Assembly (NCBI RefSeq): GCF_006345805.1
Contig: NW_021836128.1
Coordinates: forward strand, 124,001 to 188,000
Length of the DNA stretch: 64,000 nt
Direction of reading: 5' to 3'
Source: Octopus sinensis
Lineage: Eukaryota
Part shown: in pieces, positions 51,589 to 64,000 of the stretch
Numbering within the stretch: position 1 is the stretch's first letter
How the letters are laid out: each line of letters starts with the position of its first letter
Notes under the pieces: model-generated
What the model was told of the DNA's origin: nothing
What the model saw: only the letters and a program-made list of their open reading frames with translations
The model's database searches: none
Made by a program: the position numbers and the translations under genes

Positions 51589-52420
51589 ATGACAGGTACT
51601 GTAAATTTGTAATCAATTTACAGACTTTATCTTAAATCTAGTGATCCCAAGTTAGTCATATCCCTCGATAATGAAACCGAAATGGAGCTTGTGGCGAATT
51701 CATTACATGAGTTTTCACACGGAGGAGTAAATAAAATTGAACATGAATGTCGACAAAGATATTTCACTGTCAAGAATGACATTATCAGAAAAGTCATTCG
51801 AAATTGTGAAGTTTGCAAATTTTCGCGTCCTTTAAAAGTTTAAGATTTTTTTTAATTGTAGATTGGAGATATAAATCACCATGTGTTTGCTTCTTGTCTA
51901 ATGAACGTTTTCAAATAGACATAATAGATCTGAAAAGATTTTCAACACTAAACGAAAATTTCAAATGGATTTTAACGGTCATTGACATTTATAGTAGGTT
52001 GGTTTCTTGAAATTTTTTTTATAGATTTGCATTTGCACGACCACTTTATAATAAGTCTGGTAAAGAAGTGTGTCAAAACTTGAGATCTTTGTTTCGCCTA
52101 AATGGACCATGCAAATTTCTTCAATCAGACAATGGGTCTGAATTCAAAAAACAAGAAATAACACAACTACGCGTTGATTTAACATCAAACAAATCCACAG
52201 AAGGCCCAATAATCCTCGGGTCAAGGAATTGTCGAAAGATTCAATCAAACGATAACCAGGAAGTGTCAAAAATGACGGACAACAGTGAAAAAAAGTGGTT
52301 GATAATTGGAAAATGCTGTGTACAGTTATAACATATCTGTCCATTCATTTTCTAACGAATTCCTTTCGAAAGATATCGAGGAATAAAGGGAATAAATTCA
52401 ATAATCCATGGTTATACATA
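51589..52420 (+). mobile_element. Ginger-type integrase, third and more divergent family, intron-containing
   Basis: LHEFSHGG...IRNCEVC (HHCC), ERFQIDIID, LTVIDIYSR^FAFARPL, LQSDNGSEF. Confidence 0.8.
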
Positions 52421-52489
52421 AATTTCTAATTATTAATTTATTTAAAACACAAAAAAGAAAATTAAAAATTAAAAATTAATTGATATTTC

Positions 52490-54241
52490 TCTCTTCTCTT
52501 AGGGGAACTACTCCGTTGACCGGTCATGTCTTGACACCTCTCCTCTTCGTATTGCAGTAAAGAAAGCAGACTCCTCTGGCAAGTCAACTGACACTCCCAG
52601 TTCTTCTCCTCTAGCGATAAGACTATCCGTTTCCTCTCAATTGGTAGTTGTCGACCTTCATGCCATGTTTGTATTCAACGACCATGCTCTCCAGGGTTTT
52701 CTTGATTGTCACTGATTGAATGTACGCCTTAGTGGGACCTCTATATTCAACTTTTTCATGTAGGACTTATAGAACTTGGCACTACCCCATCCCATGTCAA
52801 TACGACAGGGACTATCGTGACTTTTGCCTTGTGAATCTGTGCCAATTCTCCAGCAAGTAGATATACTTGTGGAGTTTCTCTACTTCGACTTGCTCTTAAC
52901 CTTCCTGGGATGTGACCCGACTTCGATTATCGTTATCTCATTTTCATTTTATCAAGGCACGAAAATGTCTGGCTTGTTGTTTTTAACTTCAATGTCGGTC
53001 CTGCAACGTCATGTCTACTCGATTTCAACACGACTATTTCCACGACCGACTGGACTGAGTGTTGCTTTCAATTCCTTGCATTTCTTTATCCGTACTGACG
53101 ACAGACGTGTAGATGTATGCATCTGACAATTTCATTGTGTCTTCGCATGTATGACCCGTGAAGCATTCTGCTACATCGAGTAGCTAGGTGATCCACGGTT
53201 TTTTGCCGAGCCGCAAGGGTTACAATTAGGCTTTGCCTCTCCGAAAAACAAAATTGCGATCCTGGGCCAAGCATATAGTGCCTCGGCCTTGGGCCATTGT
53301 TCCATTGGCTAGCCATACATTGGACTCCACGATATCAGCACTCGGTTCCTGAATGCATTTAAACAGCGTTGAATGTATCATCTTCGATTAATGGTGTTGG
53401 CCTCAACTCACTCGGTTCAATGTCGATCAATCCGATATAGTAGTTGTAGAGAGAGAGTGCATATTCGTTTATCGCTTTAAAGAGGTTTACTGCACTTAAC
53501 TTTGTTTTTGCAAGACTCTCGATTCTCTCTTTCACGTTTCGAGCAATTGTTTTCATTACCTCGATTTCTTGACATCACTTCCTCTATCCTCCAAGACTCC
53601 CAGGTATCGATACCCAGCACACCCATTCAGACATTTTGTATCTTTCACATAGTCCAGTTAGTCGCAGACTTTTCCGAGTTCCTCTTGAGGCCAACGGCAT
53701 CAAAATTTCATCGACATCTTCCATCATTTTAGAACGGTGTCTTCTTTCTCAGCGCAATTATTTTCAGGTCGTCAATAAACACAAATGGTTTGTTGAATAT
53801 GAAACCGTGAACGGTCATTTTGACCTATACGCACCTTCGGGAACTTCATATTCAAGCTCCTACTTAACGGATCCATTACCAGAGTGAGAGTTTGTGGAGA
53901 GAGTGAGTCTCCTTGTAAGATTCCTCTTTCCATTTTACAGTTCCAATTCTCTTTTGTTAAGTGTCAAAATGACATTCCAATTTTTGATTAAAGTTTTCAC
54001 AAAAATTTGTGATCCAATTCGGAATTCCAGACTGATCAAGCACTTGACATAAGAATTCATGATTGACAGAATCAAATGCCTTTCTGACATCGATCCACGT
54101 TGCAAATAAGTTATTTCCATACTCACTATTGACACACTGGTTTATTAGTGCTTGTTCCTTTGCGCCTTGGCATTGCCCTTCTAGCTCCCAGCTGATTATC
54201 CGAGATAATGTTAAACGCTTCGATATAGTCTGGTTATACAT
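52490..54241 (-). mobile_element. R4/Dong-like non-LTR retrotransposon (RT + CCHC + REL), decayed
   Basis: QGAKEQALIN, WIDVRKAFDSVNH, GILQGDSLSP, YLGVLE, DHLATRC...RRHNEI, NKPDIF. Confidence 0.85.
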
Positions 54242-54869
54242 ATCTTATGTCTTAGATAATTTAAGTGATGAGTGTGGTGACTATGGAAGAAATGGATGAT
54301 TTGGTTAATTGTTCGATTCCAGAATCTATTGAAAATTTTCGTAATTTGATTTAAAATATATATTTAGATTATTCCCAGTCAGACAATTTGTTGCCAACTG
54401 CGAAGAGAGGTGTTATTTTTGTCAGAAGAGATTCATCATTTTATTTCTTTGATATAAGAAGCCCCTTATTCATATTCATTGTAAATTCATACAAATAGAG
54501 ACGAAAATTAATAAATCGAAAGTTTTTTTGTCACAACACCAAAATATGACTTCAGGAACTTTTTTTATAAAAATTCATGAATAGTAATTTGATTTCGTTT
54601 GGTATTCCGTTTTGGTGCTGTACTTGTCCCGATACTTCTCTAGGAGCGAGGTCACTATGTATTCAGCACAAATGCCCCAAAACTCCTTACCCTCACCTCC
54701 TTTTCGTCTCACGTCTGATGTCGGCTTACTAAAAAAATTAAATATTTTTTAAATAATATTTTATCAGCACTATCAAATAATTGTAACTATTGCTTAAATT
54801 GATGAATTTTGCGAGATTACAGACTAAATTACTAGTGAACCGATTAAAGAAAAAACAGAGAACGATCAG

Positions 54870-55040
54870 ATCCCGGTCAAAAATAGCTTGCGCGTTTCCG
54901 CGCATGATTGTAACAGAGATCCTCTGTCTTAGCCGAGAAGATTCGCTTGCATTCATGTTTCTCCGCGCGATAAGGAGGCAGACGTGTTTTAAGAACTTGA
55001 TGTTTGCGGGACGAAGGCTGGGGAGGTCTCGAATGCAAAA
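54870..55040 (-). mobile_element. CRE-like 3' fragment
   Basis: FLKHVCLLIARRNMNASESSRLRQRISVTIMRGNAQAI, closest to the 12893-13227 copy. Confidence 0.85.
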
Positions 55041-55738
55041 GGGACAATTACTAGTTGGATTTGGATTGTTAAAATAGTTATTTAAAGAACAAATGAATAA
55101 AACAATTATTTTTAAAGTGTTATTTTGTATTCGTGTGCTTAGTAACTGCCTTTGCACCTTCTGTAAAAGCATAAATTCACATAATTATTATTATCAATTT
55201 AAATTATTTTAACTATGAGTCATTGAATATTATTGTTAACATTGAATACTCATTATTTCCATATCCTTATTAACATAATGTTCATTTTTACATTTTTTAT
55301 TAACTATTGAAATTTAAAAGCATGCCATTATTAGTTGAAATTGAATAAAATTATTGTTAGAACAAATTAAATAGCATTCTTTGACCCACAAATGGCTCTG
55401 TAAATTTGCTGAATTATAACAGCCATTAATTAAGCAAAAAATTTAAACCCACTTCGTAGTTGTCAAGATGCCAAAAACTACAATAATGGAATGATTGGCC
55501 AACATCGATAGCAATTCGAAATTCCTAGCCACTGAAATAGTCATTAATTGCTGATCAATTCTAAATTCCTTGATAGAAAACATATCGGAGTGAATGATTC
55601 AGGTATTCAAAATATAATTTACGCATTGAATTATTTTGTTTTATTTAATTACGAAATTGGCGCCATTTAGCATTTTTATTTTTATCGTTTAAATATAAAT
55701 ACTTTATCACGGTAAAAGCCATTAAAATAATCTTTGGA

Positions 55739-57470
55739 ATGTTATCTCATCCTCACCTACAGTTTGAATATAAATTAGTAAAAAAGAACAAAATCCACAA
55801 AGTAAGACAAGACCAACTCGGGATATCTTCTAACCCATCAAAGGTATTTATTTCAGCATTAAATGGTAAAATCAAAATCAGAATTTTTCAATATGCTAAA
55901 TGACATTTACAAAACTTCCCTTATCGATTAAGGAATCCTCTAAAGATTCAATATGCTAAATCTATTGGGGAAGGCAGACAAACTCTACAAATGGAATGTG
56001 TAATGGAGGAGGAAGATTAGAGACAGCCGACTTGAATATTGGGCAGTTCAGTGGGATTAGATGAATATAATTTAGAAAGATATGAAGTAAAATGTGATTA
56101 ATTTATCAGATGTTAAAATCAATGACTTGTCATTATATTGTGAGTGATTATCTGGGGAGGGGTACGTGGGCAAGTAGTAGTAGCCTGGCAATATGAAACT
56201 AATCGTCGAGTTGCAATCAAAGTTTTGAAGAAAAATCCGATTCATAAACGTCAAGGAATATCGAGGTTCGTCATAAATAATATTATAGATATCCTTGCTT
56301 AAATGTATCAACAATGCTGTGTCGGATTCGAGGCAAGACCACATAATTCTATTCTCGACCATTTTGAACACGCAGGCCACGTTTTTATTGTGTTTGAACT
56401 GCTTTCAATCAATTTGTATGATTTCATGAGAAATAATACATTTTTCTCCAATTCCTATTTACGGCATGCGGGCAATACCTTTCAAGTAAGTAATTCAATA
56501 TCTGACAAATCAAGGTTCTTAAGGCATTAATAAGCTTTCATACCTCGGGATTATCCACACTGATTTAAAGCCGGAGAATATCATGCTGGTTAACCACCAA
56601 GAATATCCATTCCACATTAAAGTTATTGACTTTGGCTCTGCGGTATATTGTAATCGAATAAGCGACTCCTTTTACTTACAATCGGATATTACCGGTCATT
56701 CTGAGTGATTATGATGTAGGGCACCCGAGGTTATTTGGGTTGTGAGTATGGATGTCCCATCGATGTGTGGTCTCTCGGCTGTATTATGGCAGAATTGGTC
56801 ACTGGTTGGTCTATATTCCCCGGAGCCAACCAGTATGAGCAGATTCGTTATATATGTTCTGCATTGGGTATTCCCAACGACGCAGTGCTCATGTCTGGGA
56901 AGAAGGTGCCTCTGTTTTTGAGAAAACGACTTACTGGAAGCTCAAGGTATAAATATGGCTATTTCAATCTTCAGAATGCTTCTAAATTACTGAGGCTACC
57001 GGAAAAACGGTCAAAAATCCGTCGCGATATTCCGTGAAAGATTTGAACAACATTGCCATAAAAGTGGACTTTAATGCTCATATTTAGATTCTAAAATCGT
57101 CCCAAAGTGTTCCAAATTTGGATTCATATCAAATCTATCAGCAGGATGTTAATAATTTCATGTTTTCGCTGAGGAAAATCCTCGCAGTGGACCCGAATGA
57201 GCGAGTAGCTGCTTGTGATGCAGTGAATCTACCATTTTGGAACTTTACTCCCTATTTGCCTCAGGATTCCAATTGGTATTCATATTTGTGAGTGGATAGG
57301 GTGGCCTATAATGTTCGAATAATGTACTCCTCCTATTCCTGGAAATATTTTCATGTCCCTCTACACTTTTATTTACTCCCCACTCAGTCTTCAAAAAGGA
57401 GTGTACCCTTTCCTTTCAGTTTTATTGGTCGTTATTAATCTTATCAGATCGTCAAATGAGCCTCAGTAGA
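55739..57470 (+). CDS. HIPK: Homeodomain-interacting protein kinase (HIPK), multi-exon; bounds approximate
   Basis: YLGRG, VAIKVLK, FELLSINLYDFM, IIHTDLKPENIMLV, KVIDFGSA, APEV, IDVWSLGCIMAEL, PGANQYEQIRYI; introns 56266-56288 and 56695-56719. Confidence 0.9.
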
Positions 57471-57957
57471 TGTTTTCCGGCTGTGAGGTAGTTTGGTGTG
57501 TGTATTGGGTGTAGTGGAGGTGCTAAAAAAATGTATTATCATTCAAATTTTAAAGATTTGAATTTAAAGTTTGGTTTGTTTCTTTCATATTTAAGCGCTT
57601 CATCTTTGCTCCGACACCTTTGATTTTTTGTATTTTTTGAAATTTTCTTAAAAAATGTTTGATGTTGAAATATATTTTTAATGAGGAAATTGTAATTTTT
57701 TGAGTTGGGACCACTATAATGTGATACCCAGATAAAGCACGTTAATTAATTTACTCGGTCGATTAATTTAATAATAATTCGATGCCTATTAACTCGGATT
57801 AATTAGGGAACCCCGATTAACATTTTTATGTAATGATCATAACGTGTTTTATTAATATAATTCACATGATTTATCTCTATGCCAATTCTCTCCCTAAAAC
57901 TCAGTTTCTCCTAACTTGATGATTGTCCTGAGTCAATCTTCTCTCCCTTTTCTCACA

Positions 57958-60741
57958 ATGGAGGACAAATTACTCATTATTGAGTTTCTATGTGAGCATT
58001 GTGAGTATTATGTGGCTCATCGGCTGATTCCTGTTTATACCGAGTGTCGAGAATGTGGAAAGTTTGTTTCTTTTAGAATTTATGGCAGAGCTAACAATCT
58101 GATGAATTGTCACCAATGTTGTGCTGCATTCCACTCCGAATGTGTTTCCAGTTTGCCTGATTCTGGCCAAGTTTGGGTTTGTTCTGCCTACAGGAGTTTT
58201 ATGGTATGAATTGAGTTCTCAGATGTAGATTGTGGGGGTTCATGATTTGGTTTTGAAAGAATCTTTACTGGGGAGGGATAGAAATGAGAGGAAGTACTAC
58301 TATATGGCCAGGAGAGTTGTGATGTAAGCACATTCTTTCATTTGTAGTCGTTCGAATTCCTCGGATGACGTGTATTATTCGACCAAACTACAACTTAAAA
58401 GACTAATTGAGTGTCTAAATGTCGAAATTGAGTGTGAGAGGAGTTTGGTTGATCTTCTGGGCAAAAATTCGGATATTTTTCGTGCTTTCTCCGTAACTGA
58501 GACCCTAACAGACGAGGGTTCAAACATGTCCAAAAAACTTAGTTATATTCAACACGAAAAAGGTATTTTTGTCGAAATTAATATTTCAGCTAATGATGCA
58601 AGCAGATCGGCTATTTCTATAAAAATAAATCCTAAAAATGTATGATATATAATATATATTGTAGATATCTCTCTCGAATATAAAAGGGGATAAAAGTATG
58701 CGGTTATCTTATGATGTCTTAGCCAATGAGCTGCCGGGCGGGAAGGATGTGAACAATCTTCTACTCAGAAAGAGTGACGGCACCAGAGTGAACGTCAAAG
58801 TCCACAAAATTGTACTCCTACGAATGAATGTGCCTCATTCCAGTCCGACAGTGATCAAAGGTAAAGACAAATTAGTTCCTTCACCTCCCCCGTCGAATCC
58901 AGAGAGGAGTGATATTGGAGAGTTGTATGTTCTCGGTATTTAGTCCTGATACTAGTCATATATAGGGAGGGATTATCATGAGTATATAAATAAGTACTCG
59001 GAACTTGGAAATAAGAATTCGCATGTTGACAGAAAGGCACTCTTGTCTGACTTGTTCTCTGTCAACAACGAGCCGAAATGGAATCTTGATTTTTTTAGTA
59101 AACCGAACGAGTTGAATAATTTTTTGTGTGCGAAGTATATTTATCTATCTCAGTCGATCATAGAATGATTCAGTTGGAGAATTATGTTCCTCCTTTCTTC
59201 ATGAGTCGACTGTGGTCGATAAAGAAACAGAAATGGGTTAATAAAATCCACCGTTCTTCGAACTACCAACAGCTAAGAAGATGACTTTCCATTCTGCAAG
59301 CCAACTTTAGGCCAATTGTGTATGTTGATGCTTGGAATGAATTTTTCGGTAAAATCTGACTTTGTTACTGGAATAGGCCTTTTGGAGACAGTTTACTTGT
59401 ACTCGGAAACCCAAGACTGGTGATGAGACTACGTTGATAAATACTCAGAAATTAGTAAATACACCAAAGGATGATGTTGGATTTTGGAGAACTAATTTAG
59501 ATTCGAGTTATGATTGGAGAGGAGTGTAGAAGAGGTGGTGGATGGTGTTGGATTGGTTGTTGTAAACATCTTCGATCACGTCCTTTTCATACAATCGGAT
59601 TGTCGGTACTTTCTCGGAAGGTGGAGGAAATAAAGAACTGATCGAAGAACGGGGGTCTAATCCCAGGTGCGAATATTAGTGATGAAGACTACAATAATGT
59701 AAAGTGTTGTGAAGTCATGATAGCAAATGAAAATTGAGGTGTCTGTCTTGAATGAACTGGAGAGGTCGGATAAAAATTTGCAACGACTGTATTCCCCGAT
59801 TAGTGTGTCGAATGGGATAACAGAACATGGTATATATCCACATTCGTTTATCAATAACTCTATGTATGTATATCTTAATTGACTGTCGTAGTTTGAATGG
59901 TATTCTTGACATTCTTCTCAAAGTATTGGAATCCCTGCGACTCCGTATTGTCCGTCAGTTTGAAATGAATTCTAACGATTCTGTTCGTTCTGATTTTAGC
60001 ACTCCTTCACCACTCAGTTTATATTTGTATAAAATATTCAGTCTCGGTTTTCGATTCAAATTTGAGTTTGTTTACTAATTTGCTTAATTCATATCGAGAA
60101 AGTGAAACTAATAACTACTTTGATGTCGGCAGTGATGGTTTTTATACTCTGGCTAGAAAGGTACATCATTTGTGAGATTGGAAAAATAGATCTCTTCTCT
60201 TTGGTTTTCAGATACTGCAGATTCGTTTTCGTTAAAACTGTCCAATAAGGAGCCACTTTTATATCCATCAGATGACGTGGAGACATTTACGACATTTACT
60301 AATAAACAGAGAATTTTTAATCTGCCTTCAAATTTACATCGAAGGTGATTGTCGTTTTTAGTGTTGGAAGACTTGGTCGTATGCACTTCTGTGGCTGATC
60401 AGAGTATTTTGTGAATCGTTTGATTTTCGTTTTTACGATCTTCAGTTATAATCAAAGAAAGGCCACTTAGCCACTCCCTCCTCTGACATTCAAGACAACG
60501 GAAGGTATGTCCACTAGTATTATTTTAGGGATTTTGGACGTTCCCCGCGACACGGAGAAAACAGGGTGTAATTTAATGGATAACTCGAGTGGACCGACGG
60601 TGTCTGGTTTGTCTATTTTGTGAGCCTGTAGATTCCTCGTCGTCAGAGCCACAAAAGATAAAAGTATTTAAAGGACAGGATGGGGTTATTTACGTTCGAG
60701 GTTTGAAGGCAGGACAGAGGTTGGTGCAGATGGAGGATTCC
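57958..60741 (+). CDS. BPTF: BPTF/NURF301-like (WHIM1-PHD-WHIM2/3 and central conserved blocks); no DDT or C-terminal PHD-bromodomain seen
   Basis: EDKLLIIEFLC, PHD, LGRDRNERKYYY, YYSTKLQLKRLIECL, ENYVPPFFM, FRPIVYVDAWNE, GEECRRGGGWCWI, KGQDGVIYVRGLKAGQRLVQMED. Confidence 0.8.
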
Positions 60742-60771
60742 GTTTGGTTTCTTCCAATTCCACTAATTCAG

Positions 60772-61991
60772 CCCCAGCATATTCTGGAATGTCATCGAGG
60801 GTGTCAATCATTCTTATTATAAAAACAGAGAACTGGAAAAATATTTTTCCAGCCAGTTCGAGGCCCTCCACTCCAAACTCAGCAAAGTGCACTCGCAGAC
60901 CCCGCCACTCCCCCCAAAAAAGTGATAGGGAAACTGGATGCCCAATTTGTGCAGAAAAGACTGGGGGATTTGCATGTATGAGTGATGAGGTGATGCAATT
61001 ATTTCTCCCAGACCTCCACTCCGAAAATGCCTTTATCTTCTTCCACAGCGACAACAACTGGACTGTCCATCGTCTCCTGGCAGACATTGGTTGGCGGGGG
61101 TCCAAGAACTACTTTGTTGTGTCGAAGGTCTCCCACTGCAAGACCAACTACCTGCTGTCCTTCGTACTCCCCCATCGCCACCCAGACCGAGTACTTCCCC
61201 CACAGTCCCCAATCACTGTCGAAGTCGTCCTCACTCAAAAGTTCCAGGTGTGTGCCAATTGTGACCACCAGTGCCAGTTCATCGTCCCCGTCGTGTCCTC
61301 CCACTTTGCAGTGTCGGGAATGTACTCCACACACGTCTTCCTCCCCAACGGGTCAGTCCGGGATTGGCTAGAACAAGATGAACGCCTTCTTCATCCGCAA
61401 AATGAGTGGACCGAACACTCCTCTCCCGTCCTCGGGTATCAACACGTTGGGTCTCCACATCCTCCGTGCCCTCGAGTAATTGCACGCCCACGGACTGTTC
61501 AATGGCAATGTCCACCTCGGAAATGTCTTCTTCATCAACGGCATCTTCAAACTGGCCGAAACAGAAAGTTCCCTTCTGGGTGTCTCGTCTTTTCATCGAC
61601 CTTTGTGCGTGAATCACGGCAGTATTAAGGTTGGTGGGAGTGTCGAGGTAGTCCGCTACCGCATTCGACGTGTATTTGTACGCACACATGCTCTACGAGG
61701 CTGCCATCGGGCGCATTCTCATGGAAACATTCGTCGACGTTGAGTCAGTCTACTTCAAAGACCAGGACTTGGGTAGACATGTCACTCATTTCTAGTGCCC
61801 GTCCTCTCCGCCGTCCTGGGAAAGCAGACACTCAAGTCGGGCATTCCGTTATTCCAAAACTTGTCCAAATTCAAGTAGTGTGCGTTCTCACCCCACAGAT
61901 ACTACCGAAATGTGTCCGACGAGTATGTCTCCAATCCTATCCACGTCCCACCAAAATGCAGGGATTGCTCGAGGCCCACTCGGCCAGTTGA
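60772..61991 (+). CDS. PXK: PXK/Slob-like PX-domain pseudokinase
   Basis: HILECHRG, QFEALHSKL...PPLPPKKVIGKLDAQFVQKR (PX), LADIGWRGSKNYF, LHAHGLFNGNVHLGNV, ESSLLGVSSFHR, DVYLYAHMLYE. Confidence 0.8.
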
Positions 61992-62094
61992 CTGCAAAAA
62001 AAGGTAAGTATACAAACAAGGTGTCCTCACTTCCTCGAGAAGAAAGGAACAAAATATTATCTCGCCATAAAGTCTGTTTTGAGTGGAGAATTGA

Positions 62095-64000
62095 CTAGAA
62101 ACAAATTTCCTCGAAGGAGAGTAACTCGGATGTGAAAAAGGAGTCTCCTGTCTTCCCTGCCCCCCATCCATCAATGGAATTGTCGAGGATACACCAAGAC
62201 CCTTCCTTACCGATATTCGAAGGTTTCAAAAAGATTAATTTGGAATGTTCATATTTTATCATCATGGAAATTAAGTTTTTGCTTGCCTGAGATGGATGTG
62301 CCAGAACACTCGTGTTTTGGAGGATATGATTTGTCAGCAAAGGGGATTAAATAAGGAAATGACTGGAATAGCACACAAGTGTCACTGAGAGATTACTTGT
62401 CGGTTAAAAAGGCCAAACCTAATTTTAAAAAAGAGCCTATCTGTTGTACTACGAACGACTCAGTTTCACCCGATTGAGTCTGAATTGTCGCATTCGTAGG
62501 AATATCGAGCTTATAATGATCAGAGGACAATTGGTGTCCCACGATTAGAAGGGAATATACTGCGCGTGCTGAATTCTCCGTATTTTGCGGCCAAGCCTAT
62601 TAGTTTTTGGCGATGGTCTTAAACATACAATGGATGCCGACATGGAAAACAAGGAAATAAATTAACATATTTTAAAGCAAAATTTGTTTAAATTGATATG
62701 TTTACTAAATTCATTGACCAACCTTGAGTGTTGATGGATGAAATAATTCCTGACATTCTTTTTAATAGTCCCATCGGAGTGTTTAGTGAGCAAATTGCAA
62801 GTATAATATATAATTATCGAGTCCTCCCACCCGAACAGCTCTATTGCCTGGCAGAATATGCTTTTCCCCTCCCTGCCTATTTGGGAGACAAATCTCAACA
62901 TCACTTCCTCCTATTCTTCCTCCTCCAACACACCCCGCAAGGACAGACCAACGTTTTGTCAGTTTTCCCTTCCAGTACTGATTGGGTGTGGAGACTGGCG
63001 GCCATTTCCTCATTGATGGAGGGAAGTATAGCCAAATTCGTCATTGGGGGGAATAATTACGTGGATTATTTGTGACGGGATATTGTAGTTGCATTGAAAT
63101 TGACATTTCAGTTGTCCACACTTTCTCGAATGGCCAGGGAAACCAAATTGAGAGAACAGATGGCCAGCATTTGGAGTAGAGTGATCAATGTGATTACTCG
63201 GTTGATGAATTTAAGTTGTACTGCCACTACTTGGGGTGTGCTTTGGACTGTAAGCATATCTCCTTCCTCTACCACATCGCCCCCATTTCAAATACCCAAA
63301 TCTAACACCTTCTTATTAAACTCTCGAATAAAGTTCATTCTGTCACTGTCATCACTAAGCTCTCTCAAATCTCCAATTCTTATATCAAATTTACTACCTT
63401 CACTTTGTTGGACATGTTCGAGTCTTCTGACAATATTTCAAACACATTTCCCACCAAAATGTATTGATATCTCAACCTGCAGTACTCCTCATCTTTCACA
63501 AACGACTCAAACTCCTAAAAAAATATTTAAAACTAAAATTTGACCATTTTTTGAAATTTTTTTTCGCGCTGCTGGATTTGTGGTCATCTTGGAATGCAAA
63601 AATACTCTTTTCTACACAAATAATAAAATCTCGAACTTTTCGTGGAGTGAAGGACTGTCGAATTACTCTCACGTTATTCTCCCTCCAAGAAACACCGGAA
63701 ATAATACCCGTCGATCTATTGTGGACAAAAAACCCAATTTTTTTTATCAAAATCTTCAAATTGACTCAAATATCTATAAAATGTGAATCGTAGATTACTT
63801 CATATAGGCTTGTTTGATTTGGTGAGTTTCACATTCGTAATCCTTCATTTTCTCCCGAACAAAATGCCACTTTGTATCGCGGGAAACCTTCTTTATTACA
63901 CATTTTATGACCTTCTTATATCCTCCGTAGTTTTTTACCACTCGAAAAAATTCGTAGAAATCAAGTTCTTTTCCACCAAGCATAGGAGTTGTGGTTATCG
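62095..64000 (-). CDS. ARID-domain protein, ARID2/BAF200-like; 5' end at or beyond the window edge
   Basis: PMLGGKELDFYEFFRVVKNYGGYKKV...W...QIKQAYMK (ARID) followed by colinear minus-strand exons of helical character. Confidence 0.7.

Noticed and set aside
60686-61689. Minus-strand ORFs over PXK
   Set aside because: The plus strand carries the recognisable PX and kinase-like motifs

Overview
AT-rich eukaryotic genomic DNA from a highly derived animal. The gene set (KLF, HIPK, BPTF, NSD, furry, PXK, ARID) together with 23-32 nt GT-AG introns best fits a compact-intron parasite such as a myxozoan cnidarian; that assignment is an inference. A large fraction of the window is transposon-derived: a ~10.35 kb Helitron, a complete pogo/Tigger element plus remnants, Tc1, hAT, three intron-containing Ginger-type integrase elements, seven CRE-like REL-endonuclease retroposon pieces, an R4/Dong-like LINE and APE-type LINE fragments. 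Host genes are a PIM-like pseudokinase, ABHD16A, NSD-like, Rab5-group, KLF, furry, uridine kinase, HIPK, BPTF, PXK/Slob and ARID2-like; several are truncated or chimeric. Many single-base frameshifts in homopolymers suggest long-read assembly error, so pseudogene status and exact exon bounds are uncertain. The most notable observations are a spliced Helitron Rep/Hel gene with ~21 STPR-like 23-aa repeats and a triple GNA-hairpin 3' end, an apparent in-frame BPTF-PXK junction, and length-defined micro-introns shared by host and transposon genes.
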